Shown here: positions 12,437 through 24,528 of the stretch, piece after piece | Position numbering within the stretch: position 1 is the first letter of the stretch | Layout of the letters: each line of letters opens with the position of its first letter | DNA from: Atractiella rhizophila | Lineage: Eukaryota | Reading direction: 5' to 3' | Length of the DNA: 50,610 nt | NCBI GenBank assembly: GCA_021432655.1 | Contig: MU271208.1 | Location: 78,037 to 128,646 of the forward strand | Program-made: the position numbers and the translations under genes | Notes under the pieces: generated by a model | What the model was told of the DNA's origin: nothing | The model's input: the letters and a program-made list of their open reading frames with translations, nothing else | The model's database searches: none

Positions 12437-14008
12437 GTGCAGCTCTCCATTCTTCCCTCTTTCTTGTCTTGCCTACCTTCGTCATTCCACACTCTCCGGA
12501 TCTCTTTTGGGTTACCTCGACATGTCAACCAACTTCAGTTTCGACGGTCGAGATTGTCCTTTTTCTCCGTTAGACTTAGCGACGACGGAGTTGAAAACGA
12601 TGGTGTAGTGAATCTTTGGATCATTTTCGAGGAGAAAAGTTTCACAGTATCATTTGAGGAGGCCGAATGGCAAGCACCGATCGATTTGAAGTATGCCTCA
12701 AAGCTCTTCACCTGCACCTTCCCTCTCCTCCCAGAAAATCCCACACAGCCCATCTTCACTTCCATTGCTCAATATTCAGACGCCTCAAACAACCCTGTCC
12801 CTATCAGCCATGACGCATCATCACCCCTCGCCCCTCGCGGCGCTGTGATCGTCCAACTGTCGTCCTTCCCAACTCCAGCACCGTGCCATATCTCAAGCCT
12901 GCCTGTGGAGCTTCTCTGCCTTATGTTCGATTTTCTCGATGACCCTGGTGAATGCTTCAGGATCTCCAACGTCTGCCAGCTCTGGAAGTTTGCATCTGTT
13001 CCTTTTTGGAAGGAGCCTGATTCTTTGAAAGAGAAGTATGCTCGTTTGCGACTCTATCCTTATGCCGGACGCCTATGGACTCGCTTGCGGCTTGAAGGGG
13101 ATACAAATGTTGCGATGGTGAAGGAGATCATCGCTGGCTCACCGAATGTCACAGAAGTCTATGTGGATGCACTGTGGAATGCAGAGGAGAAAATGGTGGT
13201 GTTGAATGCAATCGAAGCCTTGGAAACGGTGGAAATCATAAGCTTCAGACCTTACCGTTGGAAGAAGTGGAGCAACAAGGACGTGGTGAACTTTATGCGG
13301 AGGACGAGAGGAAGGATCAAGAAGCTTGTCGCTTTCTTTGTGGAAGACTTTTTTTCCTCCTCGGCCCCTTCAGCATCAGCAGACCTTCAATTACCTCCTG
13401 GTCTAACATTTCTTGACCTTCGACTTTACCCGCCTATCCCATCACTCTCGCTCCCAACCAGCCTCCTGCATCTGGCTCTCGTCAAAATGTGTCCCCTCCC
13501 TCCGTCTATCTCAACCTCTCCTCTTCCCCCATATCTAGAATATGTCGACATCAAACTTGCACCTTTCTATGCTGGTGGAGAGTTCTCCATTCTCCTTACT
13601 CCGCTCGACTTTTCGCAGCTCACAAACCTCACCGAACTCAAACTCGACGGCGGCGGGGAAACGTCAAATCTCGTTCACCCCAAGTTCTTCGGCACTCTCC
13701 AAAGTGCAAAGGCAATAAAAACAATCGGCCTGACGTATTGTGTGGTGGAATGGACGGGCTTCCCAGACTTCATTTGCTGGTTCTTTGGCGATCGCCGGGA
13801 GACAGTCGAGGTGAGAGATGCGGCTGAAGAGTATGGATATGAAGATTCAGAAGAGAGGTCTTTACAGATACTTTTATTGTTTGGAGAGTGGGATGAGGCG
13901 CAGATAGAGAACTCCAGGAGGACAATGAAAGACGTTGCCGCAAGACGGTTTGAGATGGGATCTGCAGGGGTTTGGGAGTCTGGCCAACTGCAACACGATT
14001 TTCTTTGA
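12437..14008 (+). CDS. F-box protein with LRR-like C-terminus; true start not resolved
   Basis: 523-codon ORF with HISSLPVELLCLMFDFL..CFRISNVCQLWK (F-box) followed by LxxLxL repeats (LTFLDL, LLHLAL, LEYVDI, LTELKL). Confidence 0.8.
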   Translation: MQLSILPSFLSCLPSSFHTLRISFGLPRHVNQLQFRRSRLSFFSVRLSDDGVENDGVVNLWIIFEEKSFTVSFEEAEWQAPIDLKYASKLFTCTFPLLPENPTQPIFTSIAQYSDASNNPVPISHDASSPLAPRGAVIVQLSSFPTPAPCHISSLPVELLCLMFDFLDDPGECFRISNVCQLWKFASVPFWKEPDSLKEKYARLRLYPYAGRLWTRLRLEGDTNVAMVKEIIAGSPNVTEVYVDALWNAEEKMVVLNAIEALETVEIISFRPYRWKKWSNKDVVNFMRRTRGRIKKLVAFFVEDFFSSSAPSASADLQLPPGLTFLDLRLYPPIPSLSLPTSLLHLALVKMCPLPPSISTSPLPPYLEYVDIKLAPFYAGGEFSILLTPLDFSQLTNLTELKLDGGGETSNLVHPKFFGTLQSAKAIKTIGLTYCVVEWTGFPDFICWFFGDRRETVEVRDAAEEYGYEDSEERSLQILLLFGEWDEAQIENSRRTMKDVAARRFEMGSAGVWESGQLQHDFL

Positions 14009-15200
14009 CAGTCAGTCGGAAAACATCGACTGGAAGATTTCATACCCTCATATCGCAACGGTTAGCCACAATTGGAGAACTGCCGGAAACGATGGAACTC
14101 ATGAGGTGATCTAGGTATATGTTACTAACAGCTCACCCTTACCCATAAATGGTCAGAGCACACCTATCATGATGGTAATTGTAGAATTGTCTTAATCTCC
14201 TAATCTTCTACATTTAGATTATAGGACTGGTTATGGCACAAGCTGATGTCTAGGCAATCGTAATATTGATTGATAAAGATTCACTGGCACCGATATTTCT
14301 CCCACACCTCACAGTCTTATAGTTGTGATCCACGAGAAAAGCTCCGTATTCAACCTCAGTTGAACTGGTCGAGTGATCTTCCAGAGCAGCGAGAGACTTC
14401 AAGTCTGACCCGAACATTGGCACATCGTCCAATTCCATCGACATGAATACCTTCGCTTCTAAAGTCATTGCGCAGATCTGAGCTGGTTCAGAGTGGATGG
14501 CAAATGTTCGCACACTTTAAGATGCATTTGAACGAGTCGAAGAACTCTTGAATCGAGCTATGTCAAGACGGCGGGCAATCGTGGAAGGAAGATGATGGAG
14601 TGAAATCAATCTTTCTTTATGACCTTCAAAGCATTACTGTCCTTCCGCACGGCATGCTTAACAAATATTCGGTTGGTTGAACGCTCAGTTGAGAGAGAAA
14701 GGCAAAGAGTGGTGTCTCACAGGGAGGGACAGTCTTTGGTGTGCCTTCTGTACTTTCTTGAGTGTTTCAATTTGAGGATGATTCGACCTGAGTTTGGTGG
14801 TGGCTCCTGAGCGTGATTGAAGGGACCATAAAACGCTGCCGCATGCTTGTTTCCTGTATAGAATAATATTAGAATCAGTATATAGTTTTGGTATGGAGTA
14901 CTTGCTCCCATGTCCCTCTTCTCACACGATCAAACTGCCAATCGCGTCAACAACAGTCCTGTAGTTTCGTTTGAGGTGAGATGGCCGCTCGAATCTGAAT
15001 ACAATTGAATCATCAGCGAGCTACTGCCAGCGAAGACAAGATCCAGAGGTGATGTGGAATGCTATGATCTTCAGCACTGGACATGCACGAGGCGACACGT
15101 TCAGTTACTGATACAGTCTCGAACGGACGGTGCTGTCTATCATACTATTCAACTTGCATGCAGGACTTCGGGAAGGGTAAAAAAAACAACAGATCAAAAG

Positions 15201-15210
15201 ATCACGTGAT
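15201..15210. promoter_or_regulatory. Palindromic E-box ATCACGTGAT (bHLH/SREBP-type site) upstream of the ErdS-like gene
   Basis: Perfect 10-bp palindrome ~330 nt upstream of ATG 15541. A probable 5'-UTR intron (15336-15389, GTAAGT...CTGAT...TAG) lies between them. Confidence 0.35.
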
Positions 15211-15540
15211 ATTATGATCGCTAATCTCCTGACATCCGACAGACCGAAGTCCTTCCCACCGTCTCTTCAAAAATCGTCTTCCCTCAGTTGCAGAGCAGCC
15301 CCCTCTATCGCCAGCCTCTCATCCAGTCAGCATCAGTAAGTGCCATCACCTTCGCAGATCCTCAACTGATCTTTTATTTTTCCTTTTAGCCCGTGACGCG
15401 GATTCTCTGCAAAAGACGTCACAATCCAGCTTTTTTAGGAGCTGCATCTCATCACCTCCCACTTCATCCGATAATCCAAATACACATCAGCTGAAGTTAC
15501 GCAATACCCAGCCAGACAGCTACATAGGCAGCGACGCAAC

Positions 15541-18500
15541 ATGCCCACCAACTACTCTTCTCAGTCCCTCGAAGACCTCATCGCGGCCTATGGGGAGTCT
15601 CAAAACACAGTCTGGATCGAAGACAAGTTCCAAGTCTGGAGACACCCTGAACTGGGCATTCCGATCGGCTACGCGATCTCCAAAGACTACTGCATAACAT
15701 GGTGCAATCCGCTCTGCAAGCCCGAAGACTACCCGGCCGCCACCAGCGCCTTCGTGGACTGGTGCACGAAGGAGAAGGGATTGAAACCGATCTGGGGATG
15801 TCTTAACGAACCGATGTCACAAGTCCTCGGAGGCTCTCCTCACAATTGGAGCGTCCTCAGTTGTATCCAGGACGATCGACTTGATCCGACAAAGGTCGAT
15901 CCCCTCAATGATAATAAAGCCGGAGTGAGGAGGCCGGCGAAGCATGCGGAGAGTGAGGGAGTGAGCGTTGTGAGGGAACCGGAGGCGCCGACTGGGAAGA
16001 TTAGGGAAGGAATCGATGAGTGTTGTTTGGAGTGGAAGAGGGGGAGGAAGGGAGTTCAAGTCCACACATCGAACCTCGAGCCGTGGAACGATACCGCCCA
16101 CAGAGTCTATTATACTGCGAGGAGGAGCGTAGGCGACGACCCGAACAAGATCGTGGGATTCATGTTCATGACCAAACTCAGGGAGGGATATGTCATCAAG
16201 GACTGTCTCGAGTATCCTAAGCTTGCACCCAAGGGAACTAGCGAGCTCCTCATTCTCACAGCCATCAAGGATCTCGGGAACAGGGGCGTCGACCAGCTCA
16301 CGTTTGGTCCCTCTGCCGCCAAACAGATGACGGTCGTAGCCAACCTCAAGGGAATCAGAGTCAAAGGTCTCCAGGCGACGTACAACACGTTCGTCCTCCC
16401 TCCTTCCCGCTCTTTCCTGATTTGATAGTCGATTGGGTACACAGGATCGCTGATAAGATGGGTTTGATCAATCGCGGTTCTTTCCGTGCAAAATTTTCAA
16501 CAACAGTTCGTCATTTCTCTATCGAGGGTTAAGGAAACTGACGCACAACTCATAGCCCAAACCCCTCTACGTCGCTTTCCCCAAAGGTGGAATGGGCTCT
16601 AAAGGCGTCTTCGCCCTCATGGCGGTTCTGAAATCCGTGCGTGCTCCCTCCCACCTTCCTATCTTGCCTCCTCGTGTTTAAATCCAACCAACTGAGAGCG
16701 GTGCTACGGGATGGCTTAGGATCCGAAAGAAGATGCGGAAAGGGCTGCGAAGAAGAATCAACAGTACGGAATTGGAGGCGAGGGAGGAGATGAGTCGCCT
16801 CCTGTCTTTGGGAAAGTCTCTAGCGATTTGCCCAATCATGGAATGATCAGTCCTTTCTCGTTCGTCTCCTTCACTCTTCCCCATCCCGTGCATCTTAGTA
16901 GCTGAACCTTGGCGCTCTGGTCACAGTGTGCCCGCTCTACATGTCGTCAGGGATAGGATGAGCAGGATCAGCAATTCGATCAGGAGGAAACCTAACGGGA
17001 CAGTTAAGTCTAAGCCTTCGTCTAAAGTAGCGTGGGTCTCACCTCCTTCCTTCAAGAGTTTGGAGTGGATTGATGATGGCCGAAATTTTTTTGGTTTAGG
17101 AGCGGGACGGCGACCCCGAAAGAGGGGAAGGTGGCTAAGAACCAGTTGAAGAAGAAGAGAAGGGCAGAGCGGAAAGCAGAGAAGAAAAAGAAGAGGCAGG
17201 ACGCTTTGAAGGAGAAGCTTGGAGATAAGTACGTGCCTCCTGGACAGGAACCTGGTATGCCCGAAGACGTCAAGAACGAGGAGGTTCGTCCTCCCACCTC
17301 TATGAGGACTGAAGTTGAGTCTTGGGTAAAGGACTTCTCCAAAGGCAAATACGGGTTCTTGCCCTCTAATCTCAGCTTTGCGGAGACACCTTCGGTCGGG
17401 AACAAGAGGTATAAGATCGAAGAGATGACGGAGGAGAACGACGGGAGGAGAGTCGTGTTCCGTGCACGGTTGGAGCACTTCCGCATCCTCGGTTCGCCTT
17501 TCCCCCATCCGAGTTCTCATTCATGGACTCTGATTATGACGCTCTGTTCTGCGAACAGGATCGAAGATGGCCTTCATCATCCTCCGCCAGAGGACGTCCA
17601 CCATCCAAGCCGTTCTTAAATACGAACCTCCGATGGTGAGCAAGAAGATGGTCCGGTGGATAAGCCACATTCCTCTCGAATCTATCGTTCTCGTAGACGG
17701 CATCCTAGGCAAGACGGATAAAGAAATCAAGACGACAACTATCAAACACATGGAGATTCGTGTCGCTATGGTTCGTTCCTTCCCTTTCTCTGAGCGCGCA
17801 CTGATAAAGTTTGCTAGTTGCACGTCATCGCAAAGGCATCTATGAGACCCGTCTTCGATGTGGAAGACGCAGCTAGGCCAACGGCGGAGACGAATAGGGT
17901 GGGTCTGTTGTCTCCCTCCCGGTTGAAAGGTGGGAGGGTATGTTTGCAGCTACTAACAATGGCCTCCGTAGATTGATGCTCGCTTCACCAAGATCAAGCT
18001 CGAGACGCGCCTGGATAATCGAGTGTTGGATTTGAGGGTTTGTTGCTCCATTGCCTGAGTGTTGCTGGACTCGAGCTGATAATGATGATGTAGACCATTG
18101 AGAACCAAGCCATCTTCCGCATCAATTCCGGAGTCGTGAAGCTCTTCAGAACTTTCCTCGATGGAAAGGATTTCACGGAGATTCATACTCCAAAATTGCA
18201 GTTCGCAGCTACGGAGAGCGGAGCGAGTGTGTTCAAAGTCCAATATTTTAAGAGTGCGTTTTCCCTTCGTTCTTGATTCCGGTTGAGATCATACCTAACA
18301 TCCATGTACGTATAAAGCGACGGCGTTCTTGGCTCAGTCCCCCCAACTTCACAAGCAGATGTGTATTGCAGCGGATATGGAGCGAGTGTACGAGATCGGC
18401 CCAGGTATGCCTCCTCATTCTTCCTTCTAACTTCATTTAAAGGGTATGCATTCAGTCTTCCGAGCGGAGGATTCAAATACCCATCGCCATCTTACCGAGT

Positions 18501-19313
18501 TCACTGGCCTCGACCTTGAGATGGCATTCGAAGAGCATTATCACGAAGTCATGAATCTGGTTGACACCATGCTCAAGTTCATCTTTTCCGGCTTGCGGGA
18601 GCAATATAAGCGCGATATCGAAATCGTTCGGGAGCAATTCCCATCCGACGACTTCGTCTGGCTAGATGAGACCCTTCGCCTCACGTACCCCGAAGCCGTA
18701 GCGTTGTTGAGGGAGCATGGACATGAGATTGGGGATTACGAGGATATGAGGTTCTTTTCTCCTTCACAGAGCTCGAGCAGTTGTTGATGACTTCTCGTTG
18801 CGATAGCACGGAGAAGGAGAGAGCACTTGGTGGGATTGTCAGGGAGAAGTATAAGACCGACTACTACATCATCGACAAGTTCCCTGCTGAAGTTCGACCT
18901 TTTTACACTATGCCAGATCCGGACAATCCAGTTCGTCCTTCTTTCCCCCTACCCACCTTTGACCGTTCTGAACTTCGCGTAGAAACTGTCGAACGCTTTT
19001 GACTTTTTCATGCGCGGAGAAGAGATCCTGTCTGGCGCCCAGCGAGTAAACGATGCCAAGCTGCTCATCGAGCAGATGAAGAGGGTAGGCATCGAGAGGG
19101 ATCAAATGAAAGCCTATGTAGAGGCATTTGAGCTTGGAGCCCCTCCGCACGCTGGTGCTGGTCTCGGTGCGCCGTGTTTCCCTGTCTTAGTGAAATTGCG
19201 TGCTAATGTAGGGGGATAAAGGTCTCGAGCGTGTCACGATGCTCTTCCTTAAGCTTGGTAACATCAGGAGGTCCAGCCTCTTCCCTCGTGATCCGAAGAG
19301 GTTAGAACCTTGA
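15541..19313 (+). CDS. erdS: DUF2156 (aminoacyl-tRNA transferase)-aspartyl-tRNA synthetase fusion; ErdS-like sterol aspartylation enzyme with reversed domain order
   Basis: DUF2156-like part: [61 protein letters not shown]. Exons 15541-16388, 16445-16505, 16556-16636, 16720-16859, 16927-17031 and 17100 onward stay in frame into AspRS ([84 protein letters not shown]). Confidence 0.85.
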
Positions 19314-19555
19314 GCTGGCCACACCTTTCTAAAAGGTCATCTTCGATTTCCTAGATTGATCTTTAATTCTACCTCTTTTCCGTGTGTTTTGGGATTCTTC
19401 AATGGATGAAAGAAATGTATCCAAAGCGACCATGAGTCGCAGATTGTGCAATCGATACCGATTAGAACCTTCATTTCCATAGTTAACCAACTTGAAAGAA
19501 CATTGCGGCATACATGAACCAATTTCTTTTGGGCATTGTTACAACTCACTTATTG

Positions 19556-20979
19556 TCAATAGCTACTCGTCAATCTCGATATCACATATTCCCTCGGTGT
19601 AATAGGTTCAGGATATCTATCAGGCTGATCCGGCGTGATACAGCTCTCGATTGTCTTCACGGGCATGTCGAAGTTACTCCCAACAAACTGATTGTATCCA
19701 TCACCCGTCAGTGGGAATAGAGGATCAGTGATGGACATACGAAAGGGATCGACCATCTTTCTTTTGTCATTTGCCCTTCCAACGCCTCGGGAGGAGCACG
19801 AACGCGATGGATCGTGCTCTTCAGATAGTCGTTGCTCCCTATCCCAGTAAACGTCAATTTTCTCAATGACATGATTATTGCAAGAAAAGACGAACAACGC
19901 ATCAGAAAGTCTCCAGTGTTGAGGACGCAAGTTCCTTTGATTGGTGGAACGGGTCTGAAGCTCCCAGTCCCACTTCCCGCGCCGGGTTTTGCATGTTCCT
20001 CGATCTCGAGACCCCCAACATCGTCTTGCCACAAAAGGGTGAAGGTATCATAATCTGAATGAGCGCTGATCCTCTCCGCCTTCCCAGATAGAAGGTTCGA
20101 AGAAGGAATTGAAGGGTAGTGAAGAAGGCGAAGTTGATGCCCAGAGTTCGCGTGGTAAGGAAGAAAGAAGTCTTCTCGCGCTCCTAAGCCTATGGCGATC
20201 GCTTGCATGATTATTTGCGATGCTGCTTCGCACAGCTGTGGAAACGACTCAGGAAATTCCCAAAATAAAAGTCGAAGTAATGCTTACAGCATAGAACTTG
20301 GCACATTGGGCTTTGAAGCCAGGAACTTTCTCTTCAGGAGGGACGATATTGGGTTGATCGACTGCACATAAAGCACATCACTAATTTCGCTTGAAGAGAC
20401 GGGACGAGGGAGAAGAGCGAGAGGAGCGTGCTTCACCATTCGTATCTGACCCAAACTCAAAGCTCTCTTTCCAATCCATCGCTTTGACTCTTGCGGCTTG
20501 TACCGATTCTTCGTCTTGCAACCCATTTACTACTTTTTCGCGTCCAATTCCAGAGTAACCTCGATGGTGTGCACTATTCACTATTTGTCAATTTGAGATT
20601 GTTCAAAGATAATGCGACTAACGCACCCATTGGAAGGATGAGGAGCGAGCATCTTTGTTTCAAGCGGAGAATTGAAAAACTTCTTGCTCTGCCATAGGAA
20701 GTCAGTGCATTGTCCCTAGGCAAAGGAAAAGGACAAACCATTGAGAACATTTCTTCCACTTCTGCTGCTCCAACGATAGGAAGATTTCGGATGTACACAA
20801 AGCCAACGTTGCGCATTGCCTGGATGAGGGAGGAGGCGATGGCACTGCGTCTTTCCTGCCAGTCAAAGAGTGCTTGAGTCAGTCTAGCTGGCATGTACAG
20901 AAGGAGAGACGCCTACTGCACCTCCACCTTCGAAATCCGCGAAATCCACAATCGCTAAATCAAGGGGGGAAGAAGACAT
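19556..20979 (-). CDS. 2-oxoglutarate/Fe(II)-dependent dioxygenase (IPNS/DIOX-like)
   Basis: LAIVDF, AMRNVGFVYIRN, HRGYSGIGREKV, DWKESFEFG, LRLLHYP, HSDYDTFTLLWQD (HxD), KSTIHRV, RWSIPFF. Multi-exon. Confidence 0.92.
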
Positions 20980-22226
20980 CGCTTGACTATCTTCGGGTTT
21001 AAGAGGCCAATAGAGATTCGGAGGGTACTAAAGGGTAGAAGGGTAGGATTGCTTTTATAGGCAGGCTGCAACTTGAATGCGGTGCTTGTATTTGCTGTGG
21101 CCAACGGAACCTCCTCCAGGATTTGAAGTGGTTTAGGGCTTGTTCTAAAATATATCGATAGGTAGTCGTCAGAGCCTCGGCCACAGTCGGGCTATCGCGC
21201 GCCATCCCTGCACCATCTGTGGACAACCTTCATGCCAATTTAAGCGTATGACCACCTTTGAAGCTGTTTGACTCGGAAAAGGAGGCTAACGGATCGGCCT
21301 CGCCAGAGTAGTCCTAGGAGCTGTGTTAGAGGTTCGAAATTCAACCCGACCATAGTGATCGCTGTACCATTGGTGTTGGAATCGGTTGGAACGGTAATTT
21401 TTGATCAGTTTTTGCTATTCCTCTTTTTCAGAGTGTATGTATACATCTCCAGTCTCTGTCGGCAAGTTATCTACTACCCACCCCTTTGTGCTGTTTCCCT
21501 TTCCTTGCTCTCTGACTGATATTTCCTAGACATAGCCGTTAATCCCATATAGACTTCTCACCGCAGGAGTCTACTGGGTTCAGTTTGTCTTGTCGACAGG
21601 GTCCGCTTGCAGGCGTTTCTTAGCCCGCTTCCCCATCGCAACCTTCCAAACGGCTCAGTGTCCCATCCCCCGCATGGCTAAGGAAGTCACAGGCTGCAGG
21701 TATCACGGTGTGATATACACCTTCCTTTACGGCTAGCCATTACTAGAGACCTCAGCCAAGAATGCACACATAGACCTGGCTGCTGTCCTCTCATCCTCGG
21801 AGCACGACCTCTATGACGGCGCAAAAACTCAGCTATACTTTCTGCGACTTTGTACACTGGCACCAGAAGCGCATGGGAGGATACCTTGACATAGATGGAT
21901 TGGAATATATTATTGTATCCCTTAACCCTTAACATCCTACCCCGTCTTCATTTAACTAGTGCTTGCTTGGTAAGAATTGCATCTTAAACTCACTGCCAAC
22001 AGTCAGACAATGTGATGCGGAACATTACAAAGAACCCTTGCTATTGTGCAGGCAGATGTACACAGGACGTCCATCGGCCACAGCAATGTCACAAGCCTGG
22101 GGACAGTGAGGATCCCAATTATCTCAGTGATACAGGTTGTTAACAGTTGATTTCTCACAGCACGATAGCATGATGAACGGCGGATGAAACGCGCCTTAAA
22201 GTATTGCGCTAAACAATAGCATTGTA

Positions 22227-24373
22227 TCACATTTTCCAATCTATGTCAAAATAACCCCACTTCATTTTCCTAACAATGTTCCAGATCTCTGAAGGTGAAC
22301 TTTGGTGAAGCTTGCGGACATTCCACTGGAGAGCAATGCGAACCATGGCGCTGAAATTTGCAGAATCTTCAGTGACAGGAAAGTCCCAGGCGTCTTCCGA
22401 CAGCAGAGTAGTTTCGTCCATGTGAACTTCATTGGCCATCCCAAAGTCGAGCAGAACGACACCAGGAGAGTGACCTGGTGTAGTCGGTGGACATAACACT
22501 TGATCCGGTTGGAACTCCAAATCACCGTGCACAATTCCCAAGAGAAAGATTGCGCCAATGACAACCATTCCTTTTACATACTAAAGACCGGTCAGCTTTC
22601 AGTGAAATGAGATATTGCACGTACAAAGGTCTCCTGTTCTTTGTCGGAGAGAGTGTGCACATCTGCTCTATCCAACGTGGGTCCTTCCACGTATTCCATC
22701 AAGTGTGCTCGGCAGATAGCGCCATCTCCTAACTCGACCTAAAACAATGTGTCGGAAAGGAGAAGGCAACAAAAAAGCAAGAAAAAACCAGACGGCGTAA
22801 AACCCGTAAGATCTCGCAATAGCTGATCCTTGAAGCAATCGCAAAACTGTATACGCATTCTCTTCCTTTCTCATCGAAGCCTCAGCATCTGGCCATCGCC
22901 GTATTCGATCGATGCCTTCATAATCCATGTCCCATTCAGGGAAGGGAAATAAGCGTTCGTCATAAATCTTGAGCACAAATGGAGAAGCCTCCCCTTCAAC
23001 AGCAACAAGAAAAGTCTGAGCGTGCAATTGAGGGCCTGAACGGATGGATCGGAGAAGCTTGATTCGATCCCCGACGTTGAGGGCTGAGAAGGAAGGAGAT
23101 GTAGGGCGGACGGAGCTGGTGGCATGAAATAAGATGTTTTGGAACCAGAGCAGCGTTGGATCATCTACCGTTAGAATCAACGGAGGGGAAATGGCATGGT
23201 TGCTCGTGGTCGATAGCACTGACGCAACGGTGATATCTGTGTCAAGGAAAGTCAAACTATCAAGCCATCGTTCTCCATCCTTCATTCGTCTATGATGCCA
23301 GTCGATAAAGCAGCCTTGAAAATACCGGTCTCCTGTCTGAGCCTCATAGAGGTCGTGTTCTGAAGATGCTAACACGGGGGACAGGTCTATGTGCGCATTC
23401 GTGGCAGGGTCTCTCGCACACCCGGAGACAAGGGTTCGAGGGAAGCAGGCGGGTCCGGTTTGGTTAGAGTACTTCGAACAGTCCCATTTGGCAGAGAACA
23501 TTTCGCTCATGAGAGCGAAAACTTGGAAATATGGGTCAGATTCAAAAGCACAAACAAAGCGGTAAGATCCACGGCCACGGAAGACCACCGACGATTTAAG
23601 ATCCAGGAAGGCCGCAAAGTGGTCCCCTTTGAAGTCGTGGGGCAACGTCTCCAGAAATGACACATAGTTCCGTGCAAACTTGTTAGATTCATCCAGCGTG
23701 TCGATCTCCCAGTCTTCAGGTACCAAGGAATTGGTTGGCTCCCGTCGAAATACAATGAGCCGACGACTTACGCAAAATTAAACAATGTACATACCAACAA
23801 AACGAACTTGATTAGGACCTCATCCTGACACATGAGGCTTACAATATCCAACAAGTCACCTGTAACAAAAGTCAACCGCGACCTCAATGAATATTGGCCG
23901 ACCTTTGTCTATTTGAATGGTCGGAGGACCGGGTGCTCTTGCAGGATACATGTATCGAAGGAACACTCGAAGGTCGTCCAAAAACTGCGCGGTATGTTTC
24001 GTCCTGGCAACTGTCCTTTGGTTCATTCTAGTGAAGGTAAAGGTACATACTGGTCCACTGTATTGCAGACAATCAGGTCCTGCCAGAACAGCGCTTTGAT
24101 GTTGGCAGGGAGGATGGTGAGATCTTTCCGGAAGTGGTCGTGATATGTAACATTAATATCCTTATCCGTTTGACGCTGTGGCCAGCTATGACAGAAAGGT
24201 AATATCGTGCGTTTTTGAGGCCAATGACCCAAAGCATCTTCATGCCACATGTGAGATTGAGTGATCACGTCGTTCGGTTGCTCCGATGGCGGGAGCGGCG
24301 TCAGGAATGCCTGTAAACGAAAATTTTCGACGAAGCAAACCGATTCGGTCGATTGCTGGGGTTTGAAGGCCAT
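22227..24373 (-). CDS. Atypical protein-kinase-like protein with long unknown N-terminal region
   Basis: FVLKIYD, RKEENAYTVLRLLQGSAIARSYGFY, LLMEYVEG, GIVHGDLEFQPDQVL, VVLLDFGMA. The ORF blocks are separated by short introns. Confidence 0.7.
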
Positions 24374-24528
24374 GACTATTGATCAGCCAAGTCAGGTATC
24401 AGTTATGTGGCAAAGCAGGGCAGCATCAGTGTATAAGAAGTACCGGCATGAATGCCTTCTGAGGGTGCCTGGAAGACAAGGGAACACCTTCATGAAATGC
24501 GCACAACGTCCGGGAAAATAGTCGAACA

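Noticed and set aside
14100..15150. Search for an ErdH-like alpha/beta hydrolase next to the ErdS-like gene
   Set aside because: Only short ORFs without hydrolase motifs. The COesterase genes ~14 kb downstream belong to a different family.
21918..21940. Telomere-like TTAACCCTTAAC
   Set aside because: Under two units, so chance similarity.
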